This document shows, piece by piece, positions 51,684 through 64,000 of a DNA stretch of 64,000 nucleotides. The notes beneath the pieces were generated by a model that saw nothing but the letters and a program-made list of their open reading frames with translations, made no database searches and was not told where the DNA came from. The number at the start of each line of letters is the position of its first letter. The stretch's first letter is position 1. This DNA comes from Trichoplax adhaerens. Its lineage: Eukaryota; Animalia; Placozoa. The position numbers and the translations under genes are program-made. The stretch is from NCBI RefSeq assembly GCF_000150275.1, contig NW_002060962.1, forward strand, positions 985,205-1,049,204, written 5' to 3'.

Positions 51684-54600
51684 TTTCAACAAGCTTTCCC
51701 TTCAACTGAATGATTCTTGATGATAAAAATAAATTTTTTTTTGAGATGCATAAAATACAAACATTCAACGTATCAAGAAGCTCGAGAAGTCAGTAACATA
51801 CAATACACTGATGAGTAGAAGATTTAATTAAAATATAAAGTCAAAAATTACTTACTTACGCGTACATTCAAAAAAAAAAATAATTACAATATTTTACAGA
51901 TTGTTTTTACTGTTGAGATCTTAGCAAATAGAACATTTTATATTATCCCGGTATCTTCGATTGGATTGAATTTTACCTGATTTCAAGTTGTGAATTGGAG
52001 TTCTATCGTATAAATGATTTGGCTAAAATGCCTTTATTGATATGATCAACCAAGCTTAAATAACCTAAAACTATATATAGCAGTAATTTAAAAGTTTAAC
52101 AATTACTTATTTTCAACAACTAATGGCAAGACTGGCACGGCCGAGTACGCAAATAATCCCATTGTTTGGAGCAATTTATAGGCGGTATGATTTTGTAAAG
52201 TAGGAAACCAGAACTTTGTTATCTTGTTATAGAAAAATAACAATATAGTGGAACAAAACCATACTGAAAAGGATAAGAAATAAAAAGGCTGCCTACTATT
52301 TCAATAGCAAGCTGTGTTATCGTCTATAAGCATCCAATCAGCGACTATTCTACGCAGAAAATAAGTTGGTGGATATACAATTATCATAATTGAGTTTAAT
52401 TCTATATAGTTATTCATGGCGTCATTTAAACTCTGGTGAAAGTAAAGCTGTTAGATCTCATTATTTAAACTAAGCTTTCATAGTGGTATAGGATAGAAAA
52501 TCAAGTCGAATTTTTAACAGCATAAAAATATTCAATCGTAATAAAATTATCAGCGATTATGATTAAAATTAATTTGCTAACATTTCGTAATGGCTGCTAT
52601 GTAATTGCTATAAGTGATCAGCATGATCATCGTTAAGGTTGTGAAAGAATCCGAATTCGATTATACACTGATCTATGTTCAATTACCTTATGACTATATG
52701 ATCGTATTGAAAAGAAATTATTGTTACATGAGTTATCCACTTGATCAAGATTGGATCATAAATCAAGGGTAAAACGGTATCTTGCTTAAGTAATAGTTCA
52801 ACTATTCTCTTATTACTTCATCTTATGATATATAACATTATGGCTATAGTGATCGGCTAAACGACTAGGGCTGTAAAAGAGACTGAAATAATGTCTTGCT
52901 TTCGTCAGTTTTTAATTATTTCTGACGATTGCATCCTTCTGAAAAAGAATATATTGCAATGAGTGATCAGTTTGATTGTGACTAGGAGTGTAAAAGAGAA
53001 GTGGTTTCCATCTTGCATTAATAAAATTCTTTCAATCATTTTATCATTGCCTTAAGTCCTCAACTTGTTAATAACTAAGTAGTAAAAGAGACGAAATAAG
53101 ATATTATTCCAATTAAACTGAAGTTTAAATGAATTACAATTGTACATACTTCATTATTATTATTTAGTCATTCGATAAAAATCATTGGGCTTACATACTG
53201 AGATATAAAATACAATTTTTTTATGCTATTTCTATATTGCCTAAAGGTGTCATTCTAGCACTAATACAGATAATTCAGTATCAGGTTGATAACTGAAATA
53301 CAAATAAAAGGATCTTACTATAGTTAGGGTATATTTAAATTGTTTTCGAAAAATAAAGTTATTGACGAGTGTAAGCGTTTCAATTATAGTTTAATAAATA
53401 TATACCAGTCGATAAATTTTCAAAAAACAACGGCCTGAATGTTCTGCTAAACCGTTAATTCATAACTTCATGATGTCTAACATAAAATAACTGCAGTTAC
53501 ACTATTAATAATGATCAGCTTCATGATTAGAGTCGCAATAAGGGCTGGGAAAAGATTCCTCTTCAATAAGTGGATATCAATTGAAAAATTAAGTTAATTA
53601 CAGAAATAGATACTTCCATTACAGTTGAATGATAATAACTGAGTTTAATTTCCAAAATAAATCATCGGTTTTAAGTAGCCGTAGCTGTAGATCAATATAT
53701 CTTTCCATGAATTTATTTGTAATTTGTGGAATACTGTATAAGAAGAGATCTTAGCGTTGTTGAAGCTAGTTGCAGCTAATCTAACATCAAGTTGATGACT
53801 TGTGATAGTGTTAATAGTTCTAAAGAATGCCATTGCAAGGTCATTGGGGAATGATATTGAAAGTAATATGAACAGAAATTTTTAGCTTTGTTTTAATGCC
53901 TAGTATAATATCAAATACTTGTATAATTTCAAATAAAAAACGATAGCATAATTACTTCTAGAATGCCTACTATACTGTTTATAATAGTAGCAAAAGTTGC
54001 TGTCCATTTGTGAACCCTAAGGAGGTATATAAGCCCAACCCTCTTTTTATTGGGTGAGGTATATTATTATAATAAGGCAAATAAGTTATCAATTTGATAG
54101 TGTTTGGAGTTGTAATAGAGCTTAAAACTTAGTCGTTGATACGAATAGTTTTAATACCATCATAAACTGATTAATAACTATTTCAATCGAAGTCATACCG
54201 TTAAATATCTGTAGCTACTTAAAACTTTTAACAGTGTCAGTAAAATGCGTGAAGGAAATGAATCAATTTGCAGTACCATCTTTCTAGGGCAGCCAGATAT
54301 TAGGCTTGTATTGAAAGATGGATGCACGCTGCACTTCATCACGGAGTATGAATATGGAATGTCTTCAGTAATGCTGAATTTTTATTAGCATGATTAGAAT
54401 TGGAATAGTCTTGCTACAGTTAGAACTATCTAGTAGCAAAAAGATATTCTATTTTCATAGGCTGAATACTTGTGATGCTCACTGTTCTTATTAATTGCTA
54501 AGTTGAACCATTTAAACTGATATATTTATAGCAGAAATTTGGTAATGTTAATATTTTGAATGCCATAGCTAAAGCATTAGGCTTGCTTGATTTATCCTCG

Positions 54601-54989
54601 AACTTAACTATGGAAGATTATTAATCGTCATCGCTAATCTGAAAGGACTTGTTGGAACTAAAGTTTGTAAATTTAATTGTGGTTATTATGATAGTTTGTC
54701 CAGTGATGTTTACGTTGTAATTATCTTAATTCCAATGGTATGGATACGATATCATATTTAGGATGGCTAACCTGAACTGATCCTACTGAACTCATTCGGT
54801 TGTAATGCAGACAATAAGATAGCGACAAAAAATTAGCTTATTTAGCTGATGCTTAAACTATGTAATCTGCTATAAGTAATAACTAGTCCAAGCTGCTGCT
54901 TTTCGGGCTGAAGTTTCAATTTTTAGAAGGCCACAATATGAACCATGCAGTTACTGTCATTAAGTTAATTTATTTAGCTTATGAAGGAC

Positions 54990-55475
54990 TTTTCAGACCT
55001 TCACAACGCGTAAATTTTGTTACTACTTCGGCTAATGCTATTCATCGATTCACAATTGACCATTTCCACACGCTGCAGCGCGATGCGAAGCAAATTGCAA
55101 TTACGACTCGTAAAGATCCAATTTTAAGGCAAGTAACTACGTCCAACAAGGTTGGCTTGCCGCTTTTCAACCCGACCTATACATATTTTGGAAATATCGT
55201 ATTGAACTTACAACGCAAGACAGATGTTTACTATGGTGATCGTGCTTAATTAACCCTCCAAAACATCAAGCAGATATTTTGCAACTCTTACGTAAGTTTC
55301 ATTCAGGCATGCTAAATATAAAAGAGTTTAGCACCCCTTCACTTTTAGTGGCCTGATATCAGTCAATACATAACAGCACTGGTCCAAAATTGTCTTCAAG
55401 GTACTGAACATGCAAAAAATTCTCTATTTGTACCACTTCACCAAAGGGAATATCTGACCACATCCTAAACGTTCA
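54990..55475 (+). mobile_element. Decayed Ty3/Gypsy LTR-retrotransposon pol fragment (RNase H-integrase linker and integrase Zn-binding region)
   Basis: Reading across frameshifts and stops: DAKQIAITTRKDPILRQV / YVQQGW...DLYIFWKYRIELTTQDRCLLW*SCLINPPKHQADILQLLRKFHSGMLNIK / HF*WPDISQYITALVQNCLQGTEHAKNSLFVPLHQRE. This matches the Gypsy pattern T.KDP.L..V...GW...R.EL....GCLLWG.R..IP...L..LH..H.G...WWP.I...V..C..C. Confidence 0.85.
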
Positions 55476-56039
55476 TTTTGTAGTGATAATAACGTTCAAT
55501 TGGTACCGCTGTGTAAACTATTCCAATCAGAATAAATTTTAATAATCAGTTCTACAGTAAGTGAAATTAACATTCGTGAAGAGAAACCTATTCTTAATTT
55601 TATTAAGGCATATTAAATATCAAGTAGAACTTACTACTCATAATATTGGTATATTTGCTACCGTGTGACTCCATTTACTGTAATACGACACATCACTCAA
55701 ACTGGCTTTAATCTGTTCAATTTATTTTTAATACCGTAGACAATATTAATAGTATAGGGTTTTAATAATGAAAGATTTTAAAGCATCAATAGATATGCGC
55801 TATACGCGTATTATAGTCAAAATATATCATGATTAAAGCTAGGTATTTTCGTCTTTATCAACTGATTACTTTAGAAACAACTTCACTAGAAGCCCTACTG
55901 AGCAATAAAATGAAGATAAGCTATTTCTTTTTTCGTTACGAACTGATAATCTTGTAAGTTATTGTAAGTTATTTAAAGTGTAATGAAATGAAAAGTGTAG
56001 AGATCAAGCTACGAAACTTTAACAAACTTTGATTCTACT

Positions 56040-56965
56040 TTCGTTGCACTGCGGTCGACTTAACGATAATACTTTGATACCAAATAAAATTTGGGGAAAT
56101 AACCGAACAACAATTTATTTCAAAACAAAAATGGAGAGAAGTATAAACCGAACAACCTTACAAATACTTAGCTTTAAGTATTATTAAAATAAATGACAGA
56201 CTTAAAAACTGTCAACGACCAAACAACCTTTCAAAAAGAAGAACGTTTTAACTTACGACAATTCGACCCCGAAGGCCTTTTAAATTCAACAAGTTCTTCA
56301 AATAAAATCTTCTTCTACTCTCCCTCTCAATTTTCTAATTGCACTATCATTTATAGGCTTCGTAGAGCCGTCAGAGGTATTTAAAACTGAACAGTTGCTA
56401 ACCAATCGCTCTTAAGGTCCGTTTTAGAAAACTACTTTGCACCATTTAAGAAAACAAAAATCATTCAAAGTTCAGACACAATTTACCCTACGATTCCCTT
56501 ACAAACACTATAAAACTAACAAGCTAACTATAAAAATACATCAAACTTCATTTCTAACATAATTTCTATCATTAATACACTATAAAAGTCTAAAAATCAA
56601 CCTTTAAACATCAAGATTTAGTCATAAAAACAACATTCTAACTACCTAATAATCAACACAACCTCTGCCAATTTCCATCTTATTTTCTATTTTCCTCACT
56701 AAATCTCCTAATGTGACTTCAAGTCACGTCATAAAATTCCAGAGTTTCAAATTCATAACAAAAAGTCCAAATCTCAAAAATCAATTCTTACGATATTTTT
56801 CACAAACAAAAATCCAAAAAATAAAACAGAAAAATTATAATTCAGACATAAATTAAAAATAAACCCGACCGGTTCCAAAACAGGAAAATTATATCGGACA
56901 CAAACCCGACCGGTCCCAGAATCCGAAAACTATATCGGACACAAATCCGGAAAAATTCAACATTT
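56040..56965 (+). other. Strand-asymmetric (G-poor, A/C-rich) segment of probable foreign or mobile origin
   Basis: Abrupt compositional shift, broken ORF remnants (56193-56384) and terminal 41-bp direct repeats. Confidence 0.5.
56861..56942. repeat. Two 41-bp direct repeats
   Basis: AAACCCGACCGGTTCCAAAACAGGAAAATTATATCGGACAC / AAACCCGACCGGTCCCAGAATCCGAAAACTATATCGGACAC. Confidence 0.85.
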
Positions 56966-58052
56966 ATAAAGATCACAGTAATCGCTTATCAAAAAAATTT
57001 ATATGACTCTTACGACTACTTTTCTGACATTAGTATCGCTTAGTATTCGCGAGTATTGACAGTTGATGTTTTAGCGTCAGATTGTACTGTTATTACTGTA
57101 CTAGTATACAGTAGACTACATTACAGTACTTTATCGTCATGTTATAAATCCCCTTTCTCTAAGGATAGGGTTTTGCTACTAAGTCAAATTCCTTTACAAT
57201 TTGAATAGACGATGAAACGCCCTTTCTTTAGATTAGGCATTTGCTCTATAGGGCTACTTCTATAGTAATCTATATAATACCTTGTAAAATAATGAAGAAG
57301 AAAAGATGGCGACATGATGATTTGGCAAGGTAAAACTTAAAGACACTATCACTTTGTAGGTATTTTCTATAGTAAAATAATACTAATTACATACTAAAAC
57401 TACAAAGGACTCTACTTTTAGTCCTTTTACTACAAAAGCATTAGTTAGATTATAGGTAATCATGAATCATGAATCGTCCATGATACTTTTAAAGGTTTTA
57501 AAAAGATAATAGTACGATCTAATCCTGTAAAAACCTGATTAAAGTAGGTTGAATCTTCGTGATACAAATAAACTTCCCTTTCAAATGAATTGGCATATAT
57601 TGTACACAAGGTAAGACATTAAAAGGAAATTCATAGCAAGATTATTTCTTACTACAGTGCTTTATACGCGTATACGCTTCTTAGGACCTACGATTGGGAT
57701 CCTTCTACTTACAGTAGCGAGTAAATGCATATACATCTCTATAAAGTTAGCAAGATTCATTAACTTCAATAGCTGTTGGCGTTAATATAGGAGGTCCTAT
57801 ATTAGTAGAAATATCTTATCGATCATGAAAATTATATACGTTAACATTGTCAACTAAAAGTGTATGAAGAATCTAATCAGTTGTATATAAATGGCACTAT
57901 GATGTTCGTAGAAGCTCCTACTATACTAATTGGGAAATTATAATTATTTATAAGATGATAGAAGATTTTTCTATTAGTTGTTTCGAAGTGAGGTCTTCCT
58001 GTAATGATTAATTCCTATCCTCCGTTAACGTTGGACTTCCAATAAATTGTAG

Positions 58053-58164
58053 TAAAAGCTATTACTACTCGTTAATATTTTCTTTTTCTTGGTATAAAAG
58101 CTATTACTACTCGTTAATATTTTTTTTCTTGTTATAAAAGCTACTACTATTCGCTAATATTTTC
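58053..58164. repeat. Three tandem copies of a ~40-42 bp unit
   Basis: TAAAAGCTATTACTACTCGTTAATATTTT... repeated three times (third copy partial and diverged), about 0.7 kb upstream of MS4A-like paralog 4. Confidence 0.85.
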
Positions 58165-58818
58165 CTGACTTTCGAATTTTATTATAATAACTTTACCAAT
58201 ACTATTCAACAGTAAATGAAATACTTACTAGATACTGCGTAAAAGTCACTGCTATTTTTTGATTTCATATTGGCAGTGATCCTAAGGTGCATAATAGACC
58301 TTTGCTAAATGATATTGTTTTTCTAGATATCTTGAATGAAATCTTCAATTCAATAATAGCACGTATGAATATAGTTCCATCTAATCCTCCAATCAATGTG
58401 CTTATTATGCTTTCAATTAATTGCAGTTTCTTAGGCAATCCGCTTTGGCCAATTAACTTACCGTGATGACAATAAATGCATTCATTTCTATTGGATTTCA
58501 TTTCCTTTGTTTCGCTACAGTATATTCCATCTTTTTGCCGGCTAAATTTCGGCCCATATTTAAATAATAACCATTAATTCAATTTTCAGATTTATTCTTG
58601 AAAGCCAAACTTGGTTTTATAAAGGATTGAATTTCAATTTTTAAGAAGCTAGAAAGGTTTTAAGTAAGCCTAGAAATTTCAATATCAGAAAGAGATTTTC
58701 ATTTCTTAATATAATTATTGCGATGTGTTATTTAGTTGAAAAATAGGTTAAAAAATTAAGATATTGATATTTTTCGTCGTATCTTTTCACAGGGTTACTC
58801 TTCTCTGAAAGTGAAGCT

Positions 58819-61800
58819 ATGGCTACTTTGCAACGCCAGCAAAATCCACAGCAATATCAATTTCAACAGCAGCAACAAATACCACAATCAATACAGGTTC
58901 AGGCTCCATCAGTAAATTATACCGATACTACATGTTGTGGCCCTTTCCGCAAAGTTTTAGTTGGTAGATCGCGTTCTACCGCTTATGGAATTGGCATCGC
59001 TATCCTAATTACTGGTCTAGTCAGCTTGATTACTGGTATAGTTGGATTCTTTGTCAATGGATCCTGGGTCTATTTTTACGGACGTTATAGATATATAATT
59101 AATCCTGAAACCTATATTGGTGCCAATATTTGGGCCGGGATATTTGTAAGTAAAAATATCAACATTGATAGATGATATCGTTTAATGAATATCATTAACA
59201 CTTTCCATGTCTGCAATAATTTAAATAGTAAAGTACATCAGTATTTGATCCCCTGAAAGCTGTATCGATTTATATCAGCTTTGATTTATAGTGAAATTGT
59301 AATCGAAACTTATAGATTTTGCTTTATCGATAATACTCGCACCACCGATAGCTCTTGAACTAATATGCTATTATGATTTTTTAGAGAGGAATTGCTATTA
59401 ATTGGAAATCAATTGTAGTGTTAAAAAAGCTTCGCTTATTCTTTAGACTAAAATTATCTCATTCCTTGGAAATCTTTGCTAACATACATACATAATCTTA
59501 CAATTTTACAATTTAAAATAATGTTTGACTTAGAAGTGCACAATATCGTAACCTTAATCTTGATCTATTTTGGGGACTACATAACGGCTATATTTAAATC
59601 GTTACGTGTAATTACTGTATTCAGTACATGGAAATCATTTCATACTATGATATTTCATTTAGTGCCAATAACCTAAGTTGTTTGCTCGGCTATTTCAAAT
59701 AAATTATATACTACTATACTTCCTTGTGATTAAAGTACAAAATCATCTTATATCCTGGCTATTCCTTTTTAAAATTGTTGCTATTTTGATATTTCAATAA
59801 TTGTACAGTTGAATTCGATTTCGTTTCCCCCTATGTCTCCTCTATCCAACGTCTTTCCTGATAATCATTATTTTTCTAAGAATTGCGTTATTCAATTAAT
59901 TGTTTTGACGGACCGAAATCAATTGCTTTTTTGCTTATTTATTTTAAAATAGTAGTTTATGAAGATGACTTCATGATCTGAATTATTGCTGACAATCGAA
60001 ATTGATTTTATTCCTTGCCGCTTCGTTTATATTTTTATACCTTATTGTCACAAAACAGCTTTGCAACAAGATAACGTAATGTACGATCAATAAGTCAATT
60101 CCTTAAACCACGTATCAAGGAACGATATCTGTACTATCACAAACACTTTTGCTCTACTAGCAGACTACACAAAGACTTAAACGCCTCGTATTTTACGTTA
60201 AACACTAAGTTTAAGAATCCACTTTATTACACGATATACTGCATTTATATACTATTCCTCAATAACTAATGAGTCATAGTTAATACAATTAACATTGGAA
60301 TCATTTACTGCATTAGATATTATAGCTACTGCTTCCTTAATGCAGACAACAGTATTTACGAATATAGACATGTGATGACTAATACAGAATAGTCAGATTA
60401 CGATATGTCCCTATCACGGAACATTTCCATGATAATTTACAATCTACCATAAGTAAATTACAATCACAATGATTCGAACCGTAAGTAGATGATTTGCATT
60501 CCCTATTATAACTATTAATTTCAGTATGTGTATAAGTGTTACTGTTATAAAAAGTCAGTGCTATATTAAAACACAGTATATCCAAATTAGAAGTTAAATA
60601 AGGATAGGCTAACAGAATTATCTTAACATAGATATTTCTACTCTAATACAGTACATAACACTGTCACACTTATAAAAAATTGCAATTATTGATTCAAAAT
60701 GATTTGTTTCAAACCATAGAGATTATTAGATCCGAATCTTTCTCACTCTCATTTCTTAGCAAGAAATATAGTACATTTAAAATCGCATGAATGCTCAAAC
60801 ACCCGTACTGATTTCATTTTCTTAACGTTTTCTAGTACATCCTGACTGGTATCTTTGGAATTGCTTCGTCTAAAAATCAAACCAATCCTCATTTGGTTAG
60901 GAAAAACATTTGATTCTAAATACTTTACGATGCCTCAACTTATTTTCTAGATAGAATAAACACATAGTAATACCTTTAGTCCTAATCAGATCGCAAAAGT
61001 TTGATTTCTCGTATTGTATTAAGCATATCTCCCTTCATGTTTATAAAAATAGTTGAACTCTTATTTTGCTTTTGCCATCATTTCCTTAATTCTGGCAATA
61101 CCGCATTTTGGTGTGAGCCTCGGTATATTGGTGCAGTTTATCCATGTCTTGGGTCGCATGGTATGGTTTAACAGTGTCGCCTTAATATTATCCATAATTG
61201 CTTTTTCTTTATCCTTGTCATCCTTGGTTATTTTGGGCAATAATGTGTATTGCAATCAATCTAAATTGACTGTAAGTGACGTTGAAAAGATGGAATAATG
61301 TTATATTCAGCCGTAAAGTACCGTTTACTTACACGGTAAAGTTTTCTTTACATCCTTCACGATTTATTATTAATCTACTCTGAAATACCTTAACAAAATC
61401 TGACAATAAACTGGACTTATACACTCCAGTATTATTGTTACCATAAATCAAATTCGATAAAGTTTAGTATAGAACTTCTTGCAAATCATATATTAATCTC
61501 CAGAGTAAAAAATTTCTAAAATTAGCTAACTTTATTACGTTATTGAAATAAATTATACGATCAAATTTCGGTAGGCATTTGGAAACTAAATTTACCATAC
61601 TTTTATATACAGTGATATCTAGCTAGATTAAAAAGCCATTAATTCTGCTTTTACAAGCATAGTATTTAGCCAAAATAATGAGGCAATAATCTTACTTTTA
61701 TTTTAACGTAAAATTATCGAAAACTTATCCTACGATTTTGTAATCATGTTAAGAAATGGGACAATCGCTTTAAATCATCCAATAACTTATAGTAACCTTT

Positions 61801-62841
61801 GTAGTACTATTCTGGGCCTATTAATTCATTTTCGGTCCAAAAAGTCCTTAAACAGTCTACAGAAAAGTTTAATAAAGATAGTGCTGCTCTTTACGTGATA
61901 GCTCACAATTTCTACGATACTCGGCATTTAGAAGTTATTTATCAGCAGAATATTTTATAATCAAAAGCACGTAAAGGTTACTTATGGATTATTTAGAATT
62001 TTTAGAATGCGAAAGCAATCTGAGCGATCTCAAAACGGCATTATTCAGTTATTAAAAACGTGAATAGACAGGAGAGGATAGGATACCGTTAATGTAACCA
62101 TGTTTTGATTGGCCTATCCCCTGGTCGATGACTGATTAGTATATAATTGCCTTTATACCAACTTAAGTTACTGCTATGTTTTAGCTTTCAAAAATCGTCT
62201 ACGCATATAGTATTATTTCAAGCAAATATAACCTGTAGATAAGCAATATAGATCTCAAAAAGGAACGAATCTTGATAAATATATGTTCATCTCTAATTTA
62301 AATGTTTTATTTTATGACAGAGTTTCTATCGTATTAAAGTATGATTATTTAAGCCTTTATTGCTTAAAAATTCATACTATATACTCATTAAAAGTTACGA
62401 AACTTGTAAATGTAGATATTGATACATCTTTGATTCATACCTTAACACTGAAAATTTCAAGCGTTCAAAAGTTATCCACTATATAATTCAATTATACGCT
62501 ACTGTATACTTTCAGTTATTGATAGTAGAGGTTCATTAGAAATTGACGTAATCCTTCAAACCGATAATTCTGAATCTTTAGCGCTATTCCGATCTATAAA
62601 TTTTTGAAATTTAGTCTATACAATTATTTTAAGCTATGTTTTTTCTGTGATCGGTTTATGAAACTGTAAGGAATGGATAAAAATGTTTTAAGTGGTCTTA
62701 TATTAATATTATTTAATGGTTTAATTTATCTATAGACTGTTTCGGCGGTCCACTATCAAGGCGCTAATCAAGTAGTAACCATTCAGCAATACCCAGCACA
62801 ACATCCAGCTCCTTATGCAGTCCATTATTCTGCTCAACCTG
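58819..62841 (+). CDS. MS4A/CD20-like four-transmembrane protein, paralog 4 (exons 1-4 identified; last exon unresolved)
   Basis: Exons 58819-59145 (Q-rich, TTCCGPF...GANIWAGIF), 60836-60895 (YILTGIFGIAS), 61053-61271, and 62736-62841 (VHYQGANQVVTIQQYP). Inverted relative to paralogs 1-3. Confidence 0.8.
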
Positions 62842-64000
62842 GTGCGTATCTTTTGTATCATTACAAATACTTTGCTTCCAAAAAACAGATATTACCCATC
62901 ACTTTCAGGAAATATTAAATTGCAAACTTTTCGAATTTAATAAGAGAAATAATTGCTGCAACTCTATCAAAATAAGTAGCTATAAGTATCATTCATATGA
63001 AATTCCAAAATACCAGTAGGTAATTGGTAGTGTAGACATCCAAAGTAAAGTCTATTGACATACTCGTACTATTTAATATCTGAAATTTTACGATAGATAT
63101 TCTTTATATAAAAAGATTCATTCTAACAATAGACATCAATTCCGATACCACAATCATAACATTAACTTCTATATTTAATTATAATACTATACAGTTCATT
63201 TAAATTTCATCAACTGTAGTCCAAGTTAATGCGGAGCTAGAATCTCGTGAAAAATATTATTAATCAAGTATATAAAATACATATAATGCTCATCGTGATA
63301 AGGAATACTATGATATAAAATATTGCTTTTTAGCTTACATACGAGTTGTGATATATACCAATCACGAAATTCCAAATTTTAGAAAAATAAGGGCTTTATT
63401 CAATCTTATACAAAGATTAACTACACAACTCTACTCTAGCCGAATGCTACTTGTAAAGACTTCTAGAACGAACTAACAGAATAATCTAAAGTTGCATGCT
63501 TTTATACTTTCCGTAGCATTCGCAGCTACAATCCGCATGGCAACCTTTTACCTTATTTTACACATAGTTAAATTATTCTTAGTAAGACTATTCTACTGCG
63601 GACCATCATTAATCCAATATGGATACGACTACAGTACTTACGTAGACATTATTCACACCAGCCAAAGTACAATGAATTAACCATATCCTAATATATGATT
63701 TACTGTTCTATTTTTACCTATAGCCATATTAGTAACTCAACACCTTACTGTATATAGTCATCTGTACTCCAGCATAGAGTCTCTACCACTACAGTCTATA
63801 GTTACAGCTACCAAATATCTCTTAGGATAAATATCTACCGTACATTATACTAAGCATGGCTAACATTCTACAATCACAATACTAAGTTACATTACACGAG
63901 TATACTCGAACTAGATCCGTAATAGAATATCTTATCTGTATGCAGTCGAATTGTAAATACGTGGAATAAAGCACATTTAGCATAAAAGAATTTTATTTAC

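Overview
AT-rich, intron-dense eukaryotic genomic DNA from an animal; there are no prokaryotic features. The compact genes with many ~80-150 bp introns and the low GC suggest a non-bilaterian such as a placozoan (Trichoplax-like), which is inference only. The left half (1-34.4 kb) holds six spliced genes in strictly alternating orientation, forming three head-to-head pairs: PRPF6(-, truncated by the window edge) with a novel 322-aa protein carrying a TPX2-type Aurora-A-binding N-terminus(+); EXOC3/Sec6(-) with CAND1(+); and ATP5IF1(-) with amnionless AMN(+). The promoters of the first two pairs carry dense arrays of palindromic TGTACA/CAGTACTG words. AMN intron 3 contains a 1.1-kb minisatellite with nested 66/135/270-bp periodicity. 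The right half (37-63 kb) is a cluster of four paralogous four-TM MS4A/CD20-like genes with a variable first extracellular loop; three of them have a resolved PPxY tail. It is interspersed with mobile-element debris: a solo-LTR candidate, a 109-bp palindrome, a decayed Gypsy integrase fragment and a G-poor foreign-looking segment. All gene models were spliced by hand, and homology calls come from recognised motifs, not database searches.
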